44,688 nucleotides of DNA from Yoonia sp. (GCA_047627695.1 JBLHTS010000001.1:1-44688), one strand, 5' to 3'. Counted from the first letter of the stretch, positions 28,609 through 37,529 are shown. Notes: a model not told the origin generated them from the sequence alone. Program-made: numbers and translations.

Positions 28609-29226
28609 ATGGCCAGCGCCATCTTCTGGGACAAAGCGGCAAATAAATACGCCGCGTCAAAAATCGCCGATATGGGCGGATACGAGGAAACGCTCACCCG
28701 CACCCGCAGTTTTTTGCATGCCGAGGATCATCTGCATGAAATCGGCTGTGGCACGGGCAGCACCGCGCTAAAGCTCGCGCCCTTTGTACGACAGTTGACC
28801 GCCACCGACATCTCTGGCGGGATGCTCGCGATTGCCAACGAGAAACTGCAAAAGACCGACCTTACAAACCTCAGCTTTGTGCAGTCCGAAGTAACCAAAA
28901 CCATAGACGGCGGGCTGTTTGACGCCGTTTGCGCGTTTAGTCTACTGCATTTGTTGGACGATCTGGATGCGGGGCTTGCTCATATTCACAGCCTGCTCAA
29001 ACCCGGTGGTATCTTGATCACGAAAACGGCCTGCCTGCGCGATATGAGCTCTGCCATGGCCCCACTGGTCAAGGTGATGCAGTGGGTCGGCAAAGCGCCG
29101 CATGTCAGCATCTTTACTGCGCAACAACTTGAAGCCGCTTTCATAAAGGCGGGCTTTGAACTGGTCGAAACCGGTTATCACGGCAAGACTAAATCGACAC
29201 GGTTCATTGCAGCACGACGCAAATGA
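28609..29226 (+). CDS. Class I SAM-dependent methyltransferase
   Basis: FWDKAANKYA, EIGCGTG, DISGGM and LKPGG motifs. SD AAGGA precedes ATG 28609. Confidence 0.9.
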   Translation: MASAIFWDKAANKYAASKIADMGGYEETLTRTRSFLHAEDHLHEIGCGTGSTALKLAPFVRQLTATDISGGMLAIANEKLQKTDLTNLSFVQSEVTKTIDGGLFDAVCAFSLLHLLDDLDAGLAHIHSLLKPGGILITKTACLRDMSSAMAPLVKVMQWVGKAPHVSIFTAQQLEAAFIKAGFELVETGYHGKTKSTRFIAARRK

Positions 29227-29260
29227 AAAAGGGCGCTGCTTTCGAAAATGCAGCACCCTT
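29226..29260. terminator. Terminator hairpin between the convergent methyltransferase and trcR genes
   Basis: AAAAAGGGCGCTGC...GCAGCACCCTT stem; the A-run gives the U-tract on the minus strand. Confidence 0.65.
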
Positions 29261-29282
29261 AAATATTGAAACGTGAAATGCT

Positions 29283-30038
29283 TTAGTCGTTATCGCCCTG
29301 ATCGTCGTCGTCAGGAAGGTTAAAGAAGCTTTCAGCGTCTTTTACGTCGCGCTTATCTTCTACTTCTTCATCGTCATCGCTGTCTGACAGGCTGAATGTT
29401 TCCAACCCGGCCATCGCGGTAGGCATCTTTGGCTCTGCTGGCATGCCAAGTGACTGGTCTGTGCTGACCAGCTTGCGACGCTCGTCATCGGTCATTGCTT
29501 CACCGTCTTTCGCTTTTTTGGCGTTGGCTTTTTGTACGGCTGCATCCAATTCGGACTGCTTACACAAGCCAAGCGCCACCGGATCAATCGGGTCAATGTT
29601 GTTGATGTTCCAATGGGTCCGCTCGCGGATTGCTTGGATTGTAGGCTTGGTTGTACCAACCAGCTTGGAAATCTGACCGTCTGTTAGCTCCGGGTGGAAT
29701 TTGACCAGCCAATAGATCGACGCAGGGCGGTCCTGACGCTTGGACAGGGGGGTGTAGCGCGGGCCGCGGCGCTTTTCTTCGCCTGCGGCGGCGGCATAGA
29801 ACTTAAGCTTCAGCTGGTGTGCCGGATCGGCTTCCGCTTTATCAAGCTCTTCTTGGGTCAACTGGTTGTTTGCAATCGGGTCAAAGCCTTTGACGCCTGT
29901 CGCCACATCGCCGTCAGCGATACCCTGCACTTCCAATTCGTGGAAACCGCAAAAATTCGCGATTTGCTTGAACGTCAGCGTCGTGTTGTCGCAAAGCCAG
30001 ACAGCGGTTGCTTTGGCCATGATCGGTTTATCGGACAT
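29283..30038 (-). CDS. trcR: DUF1013 domain protein (cell-cycle transcriptional regulator TrcR)
   Basis: PIMAKATAVWL, ELEVQGIADG, RYTPLSKRQDRP, LVGTTKPTI..IRERTHWN motifs; acidic tail. Confidence 0.88.
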   Translation of the reverse strand: MSDKPIMAKATAVWLCDNTTLTFKQIANFCGFHELEVQGIADGDVATGVKGFDPIANNQLTQEELDKAEADPAHQLKLKFYAAAAGEEKRRGPRYTPLSKRQDRPASIYWLVKFHPELTDGQISKLVGTTKPTIQAIRERTHWNINNIDPIDPVALGLCKQSELDAAVQKANAKKAKDGEAMTDDERRKLVSTDQSLGMPAEPKMPTAMAGLETFSLSDSDDDEEVEDKRDVKDAESFFNLPDDDDQGDND

Positions 30039-30175
30039 CTTCTATCTCCATCTTATCATCAGACAAGCCTTTCCCGCGCCCTTGAGTTGGGCAGACTGCA
30101 CTGGCAGCCGGGTTCGCATTGTCGGGGAACTTGGCAACTGTATAGTGTCAGCCAAACCGATAGGAAAGATGAAAA

Positions 30176-30806
30176 ATGTATCGCTTGTTTGCTGTACTGT
30201 GCTTGCAGGCCACACCAACCGCTGCACAAGACCGCGCAGGTGACTTTGATTATTATGTCATGTCGCTTTCGTGGTCGGCAAATTGGTGCGCGCTGGACGG
30301 TGATAGCCGCAATTCACCCCAATGCGATCCGGAGGCGGATTTCGGCTGGATCCTGCACGGCCTATGGCTACAGTACGAGCGTGGCTTTTCAGCCCAATTG
30401 TAACACCACGCTACGCCCCCCTTCACGTGGCGATACTGCCGCTATGGTTGATATTATGGGCACTTAGGGGCTGGCTTGGCATCAATGGCGCAAACATGGC
30501 GTGTGCAGTGGATTGTCGTCAGAGGACTACTTTGCGTTGTCGCGGATTGCCTATGACAAAATCATGCGGCCAGAGGTTTTTCGCACGCTTACAAGCAATG
30601 TGACTTTGCCCGCATCTTTGATCGAAGAGGCTTTACTGCGTGATAATCCAACGCTTGCGGCCAATCAAATCACGATCACCTGCAAATCGGGCTATATCCA
30701 AGAGACGCAGATTTGCCTGACACGTGACTTGGAATTCCGCGATTGTGGCCGCGATGTCCGGCGCGATTGCGCGATGACAGATGCGCAGTTTGACCCGATA
30801 CGCTAA
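30176..30806 (+). pseudogene. Ribonuclease T2 family, disrupted
   Basis: Signal peptide, FDYYVMSLSWS, CAS I ILHGLW, CAS II HQWRKHGVCSG. A +1 frameshift at about 30386-30395 and in-frame TAG at 30465-30467. Confidence 0.87.
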
Positions 30807-30807
30807 C

Positions 30808-30837
30808 AAAAAAAGGCGTCAGTTATCTGATGCCTTT
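30808..30837. terminator. Likely bidirectional rho-independent terminator
   Basis: AAAAAAAGGCGTCAG-TTAT-CTGATGCCTTT between convergent genes. Confidence 0.75.
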
Positions 30838-30862
30838 CTCAAATACGCTATGTTTGTTTGGC

Positions 30863-31174
30863 CTATGCAGTCGGCTCTTGCTCTGCCGGGACCATCGTGC
30901 CGTCTTTCAACATCACTTGACCGCGTGTGTCCTGACAAACCGGTGTGCCTTCGCGGTTCAAACGAGGCGTCACGTAGCCTTCGATACCATCGTCAATATA
31001 CCAATGCTGGCAGCCATTTGGGTCAATCCTTATGTTCGCCACGCCATCACGTAGAAAGCCGCCGTCAATGCCGCCATCAACAATATCGTTGTTGTCACCA
31101 GAGCGTTCGCAAGCGAACAAAGCCGTCGCTGCCAAAACCAAAACTACGCTTCTTACAGAAATTATTTGCTTCAC
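30863..31174 (-). CDS. Small hypothetical lipoprotein
   Basis: Lipobox LFAC; compact domain IDPNGCQHWYIDDGIEGY...PVC. Confidence 0.78.
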   Translation of the reverse strand: MKQIISVRSVVLVLAATALFACERSGDNNDIVDGGIDGGFLRDGVANIRIDPNGCQHWYIDDGIEGYVTPRLNREGTPVCQDTRGQVMLKDGTMVPAEQEPTA

Positions 31175-31329
31175 ACCATTTAGACTGCGCGATTAGCGCG
31201 TTCGGCAATCGATACCATATTATGATGTGCGTGGCGATCAATCTACCGCATGTGGACCAAAACAGGCATTTATTTGGCATTCATGCACGGAAATCGTCCT
31301 CAAACAGACAGTAGTACAAGAATTTGGCG

Positions 31330-32106
31330 CTAAAGCATGATTTCATCAAGCAAACCGCTGCTTTGATCTGCCATCCCTTCGATGACGTCAAAATGATGCC
31401 GATCGGGCGCGACAACGATTTTGCAGTCCCAAGCCCGCGCCAGAGCATGTGCTTGTACAATAAACACCGGCCGTTCGTCAGCACCCACCCAAACCGTGAC
31501 TGGTAAGTTAGGGGCAGGTTGATGAACGGGGCTTTCGCGCAAAGCCTCTGCTTTAGTTAGCTTTAAGTCGCAATTCATCGCGGTCTGCATCAGCGGTGCC
31601 AAGTCGGCAACAGGAGATATTGCAACGATTTTCTGCACCCTTTTTTGCCAACCCGTCGCGTCAGGCAAAGCCACGACCCGAGTCACCAGATGCCCGCCCG
31701 CAGAATGCCCAACCAGCCTGATCGGCCCTGCCACTCGATCTGCGGTAAACGCAATTGCCTTGGCAACCTGCCGTCCGATTTCAGAGATGTTGACATCTGG
31801 GCAAAGCTCGTATGATGGCACCGCGACCGCCCAACCATGCGACAGCGGCCCTGCGGCAAGATGTGACCAGAATGATTTGTCAAAGCCTAGCCAATAGCCG
31901 CCGTGAACAAACACAACAAAGCCCTTAGCGGTGTGCGACGGATAGAAAACATCCATCTTTTGCCGCGGCGTTTCGCCATAAGGCACGTCAATCTCGCATC
32001 GGGTCACCGCGCGAAAGGCGGCGGCTGATTGCGTCCACGCGTCGGGATAGACCTCTGACCCCGGAATATGCGCAGCAATTGCATAAGCATCGTCGAATTC
32101 CATCAT
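31330..32106 (-). CDS. Alpha/beta hydrolase (arylformamidase/esterase-like)
   Basis: VFVHGGYW, GHSAGGHL nucleophile elbow, HHFDVI. Confidence 0.9.
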   Translation of the reverse strand: MMEFDDAYAIAAHIPGSEVYPDAWTQSAAAFRAVTRCEIDVPYGETPRQKMDVFYPSHTAKGFVVFVHGGYWLGFDKSFWSHLAAGPLSHGWAVAVPSYELCPDVNISEIGRQVAKAIAFTADRVAGPIRLVGHSAGGHLVTRVVALPDATGWQKRVQKIVAISPVADLAPLMQTAMNCDLKLTKAEALRESPVHQPAPNLPVTVWVGADERPVFIVQAHALARAWDCKIVVAPDRHHFDVIEGMADQSSGLLDEIML

Positions 32107-32168
32107 GTCCCCCTTTACGGCACTCCCCTGGATCGTTCAGATAGCGCCAATCTTATAAGGAGACCACC

Positions 32169-33647
32169 ATGCTCGATCAAACGACGAACTTGAAGTCTAT
32201 GCTCACAAGGCCCGATTTGCTTTGCGAGGCTGCTTTTGTCTCTGGTGAATGGGTGCAAGCGGCCAGCGGAAAAACCTTTGCGGTCACGAACCCCGCCCGA
32301 GGCGACGTAATCGCGCAAGTCCCCGACCTGACCCGTGCCGAGGTTGCCGCAGCAATCGCAGCGGCCGAAAAGGCCCAAAAGCCATGGGCGGCCCGTGCTG
32401 CTAAAGAGCGCGCGAACATCCTGCGCAAGTGGTTTGATCTATTGATGGCAAACCAAGAAGACCTCGCGATCATCATGACCGCAGAACAAGGCAAGCCACT
32501 GGCCGAAGCGCGCGGCGAAGTCGCTTATGGCGCGTCATTCGTGGAATGGTTCGCCGAAGAAGCAAAACGCGTCTACGGCGAAACCATTCCCGGTCATATG
32601 GCTGACAAACGCATTACCGTGATCAAACAACCCATTGGCGTCGCCGCAGGCATCACGCCTTGGAACTTCCCGAATGCAATGATCGCGCGCAAAGTGGCAC
32701 CGGCACTGGCAGCGGGCTGTTCCTTTGTGATCCGCCCTGCGTCGCTGACACCGCTGTCCGCACTTGCAATGGCCATACTTGCTGAAGAAGCAGGCGTTCC
32801 CAAGGGGCTGTTTTCGGTTGTCACATCGACCTCCGCTTCCGAGATCGGCAAAGAATTCTGCGAAAACCCGATTGTACGCAAACTGACATTCACAGGCTCG
32901 ACCGAAGTGGGTCGCATCTTGCTGCGTCAAGCTGCGGATCAGGTCATGAAATGCTCGATGGAGCTTGGCGGCAACGCGCCATTTATTGTCTTTGATGATG
33001 CCGACCTTGATGAGGCCGTGATTGGCGCAATCGCCTGTAAATTCCGCAACAACGGACAGACGTGCGTCTGTGCCAACCGGATTTATGTGCAAAAAGGCGT
33101 CTATGATGCCTTTGCTGCCAAGCTAAAAGTTGCGGTCGAGAATCTATTGGTCGGCGATGGCCTGAAAGATGGCACGGTCCTTGGACCACTGATTGAACCT
33201 GCAGCCGTAAAAAAGGTGCAAGAACACCTTGATGACGCGCTGGCCAAAGGCGGCAAGATCCTGACAGGCGGAAAGCCGCACGCTTACGGCGGTCAGTTCT
33301 TTGAGCCAACAATCGTCACCAACGCTTCAAAAGACATGTTGGTCAGCAAGGATGAGACATTCGGCCCCTTCGCGCCACTGTTCATGTTCGAGGACGAAGA
33401 CGACGTGATCGCCCAAGCCAACGATACGATCTTTGGTCTAGCGTCCTATTTCTATGCCAAGGACCTTAGCCGCGTGACGAAAGTTGCCGAGGCCTTGGAG
33501 TACGGGATTGTCGGCGTGAATACGGGTATCATTTCAACCGAAGTGGCCCCGTTTGGCGGCGTCAAACAGTCCGGTTTGGGACGAGAAGGGTCAAGCCACG
33601 GCATCGATGACTACCTTGAAATGAAATACATCTGCACAAGCGTCTAA
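32169..33647 (+). CDS. gabD: NAD(P)-dependent succinate-semialdehyde dehydrogenase
   Basis: ITPWNFP, FTGST, MELGGNAP, GQTCVC, ETFGP and PFGGVKQSGLGREGS motifs. Confidence 0.94.
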   Translation: MLDQTTNLKSMLTRPDLLCEAAFVSGEWVQAASGKTFAVTNPARGDVIAQVPDLTRAEVAAAIAAAEKAQKPWAARAAKERANILRKWFDLLMANQEDLAIIMTAEQGKPLAEARGEVAYGASFVEWFAEEAKRVYGETIPGHMADKRITVIKQPIGVAAGITPWNFPNAMIARKVAPALAAGCSFVIRPASLTPLSALAMAILAEEAGVPKGLFSVVTSTSASEIGKEFCENPIVRKLTFTGSTEVGRILLRQAADQVMKCSMELGGNAPFIVFDDADLDEAVIGAIACKFRNNGQTCVCANRIYVQKGVYDAFAAKLKVAVENLLVGDGLKDGTVLGPLIEPAAVKKVQEHLDDALAKGGKILTGGKPHAYGGQFFEPTIVTNASKDMLVSKDETFGPFAPLFMFEDEDDVIAQANDTIFGLASYFYAKDLSRVTKVAEALEYGIVGVNTGIISTEVAPFGGVKQSGLGREGSSHGIDDYLEMKYICTSV

Positions 33648-33737
33648 AATCGCCATACGCGGGCCTTTGTCGGTGCATCGACGCACCATGACTTAGGCTC
33701 GCACACCTACCCCATCAAAAAAATCTTAGCTTTCCAC

Positions 33738-33762
33738 CAAGGATTGACCATTCGCCTGCGTC
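33738..33762 (+). promoter_or_regulatory. Candidate ECF-type autoregulatory promoter (CAAGG-N16-CGTC)
   Basis: The ECF-like -10 CGTC at 33759-33762 ends 11 nt before ATG 33774; no SD is visible. Confidence 0.35.
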
Positions 33763-33773
33763 CAATCACCGTA

Positions 33774-34316
33774 ATGCGTATGACAACAAGCGACGAAGAC
33801 TTGGCCGAAGCGGCCGCTGCCGGCGACGGCGCGGCCTTCGCAAGCTTGCTTGATCGTCACTATGAACGGCTTTTTGAGTTTTGCTTTCGCCTGACAGGAT
33901 CGCGGGCCGAAGCCGAAGACTTGACCCAAGATATTTGCGCCGCATTGCCTGCGAAACTTGGCAGCTACCAACAGCGGGCCAAGGTCACGACGTGGCTGTA
34001 CCGCGTCGCCGTAAACGCCGCTCACGACCGACGGCGCAAGCGGACCACATATGCCAAAGCAACAACTGGCTGGGGTGATTGGGAAATCCATCGGACAGCC
34101 GTAAATCAGGACACGGCAGAAAAACTGAACTGGTTGACGGCGGCGATGTGCCACCTGCCAGTCGACCTACGCAACACGCTGGCGCTGGTGCTTGATGATA
34201 TGACCCACGCTCAAGCGGGCGACGTGCTGGGTGTCTCTGAAGGAACGATCAGTTGGCGCGTGTCCGAGGCAAAGAAAGCGTTGCGCGTCCTGCAAGAACA
34301 GGAGGTTAAGATATGA
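33774..34316 (+). CDS. ECF RNA polymerase sigma factor
   Basis: SDEDLA..AAAGD, AEDLTQD, TWLYRVAVN and LGVSEGTISWRVSEA motifs (regions 2 and 4). Confidence 0.93.
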   Translation: MRMTTSDEDLAEAAAAGDGAAFASLLDRHYERLFEFCFRLTGSRAEAEDLTQDICAALPAKLGSYQQRAKVTTWLYRVAVNAAHDRRRKRTTYAKATTGWGDWEIHRTAVNQDTAEKLNWLTAAMCHLPVDLRNTLALVLDDMTHAQAGDVLGVSEGTISWRVSEAKKALRVLQEQEVKI

Positions 34317-35029
34317 GTGATGACCTCAACCATCTGAAATTATTGATGGATGATGCCATGCCACGTCCTGATGCGGCACGGCGGGCCGTAAATTTGGCGC
34401 GGGCGCAGGACAGCTTTGCGGCGCTTCAGCAGGCGCGCACTACGACGGGCGGTGGTCGGTGGCAGCGCACGATGACATGGCTGCAAAGTGGTGTCGGAAA
34501 AGGGGCGGTCATGGCGTCTGTCATGCTTGTCTCGGCCGGATTGTTTCTTGTCGCACCGCCAGAGCCTTCGCAACTGAACGCACCTGTGTTTGCCGCCACG
34601 AAAATCGTCGAAAGCGAGCAAGAGGGTCTGGTCGCAGAGTTCGCATCCCCCGCCCAATTGAGTGCGGCAGATGATGCCCCAGTGGCTAGCCGCGCGGCTG
34701 AAACAAGTGCACGATATGCAGCTCCCTTCTCATCTTATGAGGCAATCCGTGCGGCCCTTTTGCGGGGCGTTTTTCCGGCAAAAAACGACGTGCGAATCGC
34801 AGAAATAATCAATGCATTCACATACGATTCTGACATTGTAGAGACTGACGAAAATTTCTCTGCCGCAGTATCAAGATTTGGACAATTGCTGCGCGACCCG
34901 AAAGCGTTGGGAGAGTCTGGCTATGATGGCGTCATCGCGCTTGCACAAGCAAACCTTGGGCCTGACGTTTCCGGGCAACGCGCCGAAGCGGTTATGCTGA
35001 TGCAGTTGGCCCGGGATTTGTCGCAATAG
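34313..35029 (+). CDS. Single-TM ECF partner (putative anti-sigma); YfbK/vWA-family protein lacking the vWA domain
   Basis: ATGA overlap with the sigma gene; one TM segment. SYEAIRAAL..G..P.KNDVRIAEIINAFTYD resembles the vWF_A N-terminal segment and is fused directly to FSAAVSRFGQLLR...RAEAVMLMQLA, which resembles the YfbK/DUF3520 C-terminus. Confidence 0.7.
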   Translation: MSDDLNHLKLLMDDAMPRPDAARRAVNLARAQDSFAALQQARTTTGGGRWQRTMTWLQSGVGKGAVMASVMLVSAGLFLVAPPEPSQLNAPVFAATKIVESEQEGLVAEFASPAQLSAADDAPVASRAAETSARYAAPFSSYEAIRAALLRGVFPAKNDVRIAEIINAFTYDSDIVETDENFSAAVSRFGQLLRDPKALGESGYDGVIALAQANLGPDVSGQRAEAVMLMQLARDLSQ

Positions 35030-35061
35030 CCGCAGAATGTAGGGTGAATTGTGATCCAATT

Positions 35062-36063
35062 TTACCCCATTTGCGCCCGTACTGTCGGCAATATCTGTCG
35101 TTCAATCAGGTTCTTCAGATCACCGAAATACGCACCACTGCGTGCAGGCCGTGTTGGATTCGACGTCAAGGCCAAAGTCATCTCGACCGAAGGTGCCACA
35201 CAAATGATCTGCCCTCCGTAACCGCGTGCCGGCGCATAGGACACGCCATCCGCAGCACCTAAAAACCAACCATACCAGTAGTTCAGACCCGAAAATGCCG
35301 ACCGGGTGCGCACTTGAAACGACCGTTTTATCCAATCGGCACTCAGAACCTGCACGCTACCGAACACACCGTTCTGGTGGTACATTTCGCCAAAACGGAC
35401 CATGCCTTCCAAGGTCAAAGACATCTCGTTCCCGCCCAAGTACCGCCCTTGTGGATCACGGGTCCAACTGGGTATTTCGATCCCCAAAGGCTCCCCGATC
35501 CGCGACCGCGCCAAAGTACGCAAGGATTCGCCCGACACTGCTGACAAGACTGCGCCCAGCACATGAAACGATCCCTTAGAATACAGCATTCGCGAACCCG
35601 GCTCTGCCACAAACGCGCGGCCCAGCGCATTCGCGACCCAATTGTTGCTACTAACCCAGCCACCGTAGTTTGCTCCAGAAGTACGCTCTAGCCCTGCTTG
35701 CATAGTGATCAAATGCGCAATAGTGATCGCTGCAACACGCGGATCAGCCCCGCGCGGGATCAACTGGGGTGCCACTTCGCCCAACTTCGCGTCCAACGAA
35801 GTGATTTCACCGCGATCAAGTGCTGCCCCAGTCAATGCAGCCACAACTGTTTTTGACACCGATTTGACCGGCACGGCCCGCCCGATCGATGGACCGCGAA
35901 ACACCTCTGACAATAGGTCGCGCCCAGATTGACGGATGATCAGCGCGTGGCATTGATCAAGTGCGCGTGCGCTGTCTGCGATATCCGACCACGGGTCTGC
36001 CTGCGCAAATGCAGGCGTCGCAAGGGCCGCACCACTGCCTGCCAAAAAGCTGCGCCTGTCCAT
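35062..36063 (-). CDS. Tat-exported serine hydrolase (beta-lactamase/AmpC family)
   Basis: MDRRSFL twin-arginine signal, SVSK (SxxK), LITMQAGL, RGYGGQ. Start placed at ATG 36063. Confidence 0.88.
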   Translation of the reverse strand: MDRRSFLAGSGAALATPAFAQADPWSDIADSARALDQCHALIIRQSGRDLLSEVFRGPSIGRAVPVKSVSKTVVAALTGAALDRGEITSLDAKLGEVAPQLIPRGADPRVAAITIAHLITMQAGLERTSGANYGGWVSSNNWVANALGRAFVAEPGSRMLYSKGSFHVLGAVLSAVSGESLRTLARSRIGEPLGIEIPSWTRDPQGRYLGGNEMSLTLEGMVRFGEMYHQNGVFGSVQVLSADWIKRSFQVRTRSAFSGLNYWYGWFLGAADGVSYAPARGYGGQIICVAPSVEMTLALTSNPTRPARSGAYFGDLKNLIERQILPTVRAQMG

Positions 36064-36141
36064 CTTCGAATTCCTTTGTCCGTTTTCACACATGAACATA
36101 GGACACCAAAGCGACTTAGCGACTGACAATTCGGTGGGGTG

Positions 36142-36897
36142 CTAGCCTTTGGCGGTCCAAGCAACACCCGCAATAGTCGTTGTCCGCGGTTTGTATTCAC
36201 CCGCAACCCAACCCGCATAGCCTTGCGCGTCAAGACCCGCAAAAAAGGCAGGATAATCAATCTGCCCTTTGTCTGGCTCTGACCGATCTGGCATTTGGGC
36301 AACTTGAACATGTGCGGTGATGTCGCGCATCTTGTTCCAAGTTCCCAGCACATCGCCGGTAATCTTGGCCGCATGAAACGTATCAAACTGTAGACGCAAG
36401 TTCGGTGCATCAATCAGCGTAACAATTTCGCGGCCCAAGTTAAAATCATTCAAGAAGTAGCCGAGGATTGTATCGTTGTTGATTGGCTCGATTGTCAGGC
36501 TTTGGTCTGGTGCCTCTGCTGCCGCCCAGCGCAGGTTTTCAATAAATGCAGCCTTAGCGGCGGCACCCTCGGCCACACCCGACATGATATGCAAATGCTG
36601 CGCACCCAGCGTCTGCGCATAGCGCAAAGCACGTTTAAAATCGGTGCGAAAGCGTGCCTCTAGGCCCGGAACGGCTGCAAAGCCCTGTTCGCCGCCAGTG
36701 TAGTTCGGCGGCGGGCAGTTGATAAGCACCATACCCAAGTCATGCTTGGCCAGTTGTTTAACGATGTCCTGGGCGTTCACATCATAGGGCGACAGAATCT
36801 CGACGGCATCAAAACCTGCCTCTTTGGCCGCCTCAAAGCGCTCAAGAAACGGCAACTCGGTGAACAGCCATGTGAGGTTGGCGCAGAATTTAGGCAT
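36142..36897 (-). CDS. hyi: Hydroxypyruvate isomerase family protein
   Basis: MPKFCANL, AGFDAVE, TIEPIN, QFDTFH, HVQVA and GWVAGEYKP motifs. Confidence 0.88.
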   Translation of the reverse strand: MPKFCANLTWLFTELPFLERFEAAKEAGFDAVEILSPYDVNAQDIVKQLAKHDLGMVLINCPPPNYTGGEQGFAAVPGLEARFRTDFKRALRYAQTLGAQHLHIMSGVAEGAAAKAAFIENLRWAAAEAPDQSLTIEPINNDTILGYFLNDFNLGREIVTLIDAPNLRLQFDTFHAAKITGDVLGTWNKMRDITAHVQVAQMPDRSEPDKGQIDYPAFFAGLDAQGYAGWVAGEYKPRTTTIAGVAWTAKG

Positions 36898-36941
36898 TGG
36901 GATCTCCAACAAGAATTCAGTTTGGCATGAAAAAGGTCGGC

Positions 36942-37529
36942 TTATTCCAATTCAGCAGACGGAATAATCGGAAAGAAGACGTCCTGCGAGTGCACGCCGA
37001 ACCAACGCGCACCATTATGGGACGCATGTTCACCAATCTCGACCAAGCGGTAAAACGACTTGCGATCTATCAAGGCCTCAAGGTTTGTGCGCACCAACAC
37101 ATAAGGCGACGGCTCGCCAGTTTCGGGATCACGCTCGACGCGGATCGGATGATCAGGTCCTGCCGTCATCCGGTCACCGACGTTTGTTTCAAACTCAAGC
37201 CCATCGCCACGCTTATTGAAATCAACTGCCACAAATGGTGCATCATCGACAGTGATCCCGACCTTTTCGACCGGCGTGACCAAGACATAATCGTCACCAT
37301 CGCGGCGTATGATGGTCGAAAACAGCTTCACTAACTCAGGTCTGCCAATGGGAGTCCCCATGTAAAACCAGGTCCCGTCGCGTGCAATACGCATGTCGAT
37401 GTCACCGCAATGCGGCGGATTCCACAAATGGACAGGCGGCAGACCGCCTTTTTGGGCAGCACGGGCGCTTTCAGCAAGGCTTTGAGCGGAAGGAGTCACA
37501 ATCTTTTGTCTGGTCATTGTTTTTGCCAT
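36942..37529 (-). CDS. DUF1285 domain protein
   Basis: PPVHLWNPPHCGDIDMRIARDGTWFY, LVTPVEK and PYVLVR..LEALI motifs; divergent from moxR. Confidence 0.9.
   Translation of the reverse strand: MAKTMTRQKIVTPSAQSLAESARAAQKGGLPPVHLWNPPHCGDIDMRIARDGTWFYMGTPIGRPELVKLFSTIIRRDGDDYVLVTPVEKVGITVDDAPFVAVDFNKRGDGLEFETNVGDRMTAGPDHPIRVERDPETGEPSPYVLVRTNLEALIDRKSFYRLVEIGEHASHNGARWFGVHSQDVFFPIIPSAELE

Noticed and set aside
91-30467. Stop-codon reassignment or amber read-through as an explanation for the repeated in-frame TAGs (91, 21826, 26351, 30465)
   Set aside because: The TAGs appear to replace different residues (likely E/Q, Q, W, S). TAA and TGA stops and frameshifts occur in the same genes, TAG ends normal genes (e.g. 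hemE, the GNAT), and no suppressor tRNA is present.
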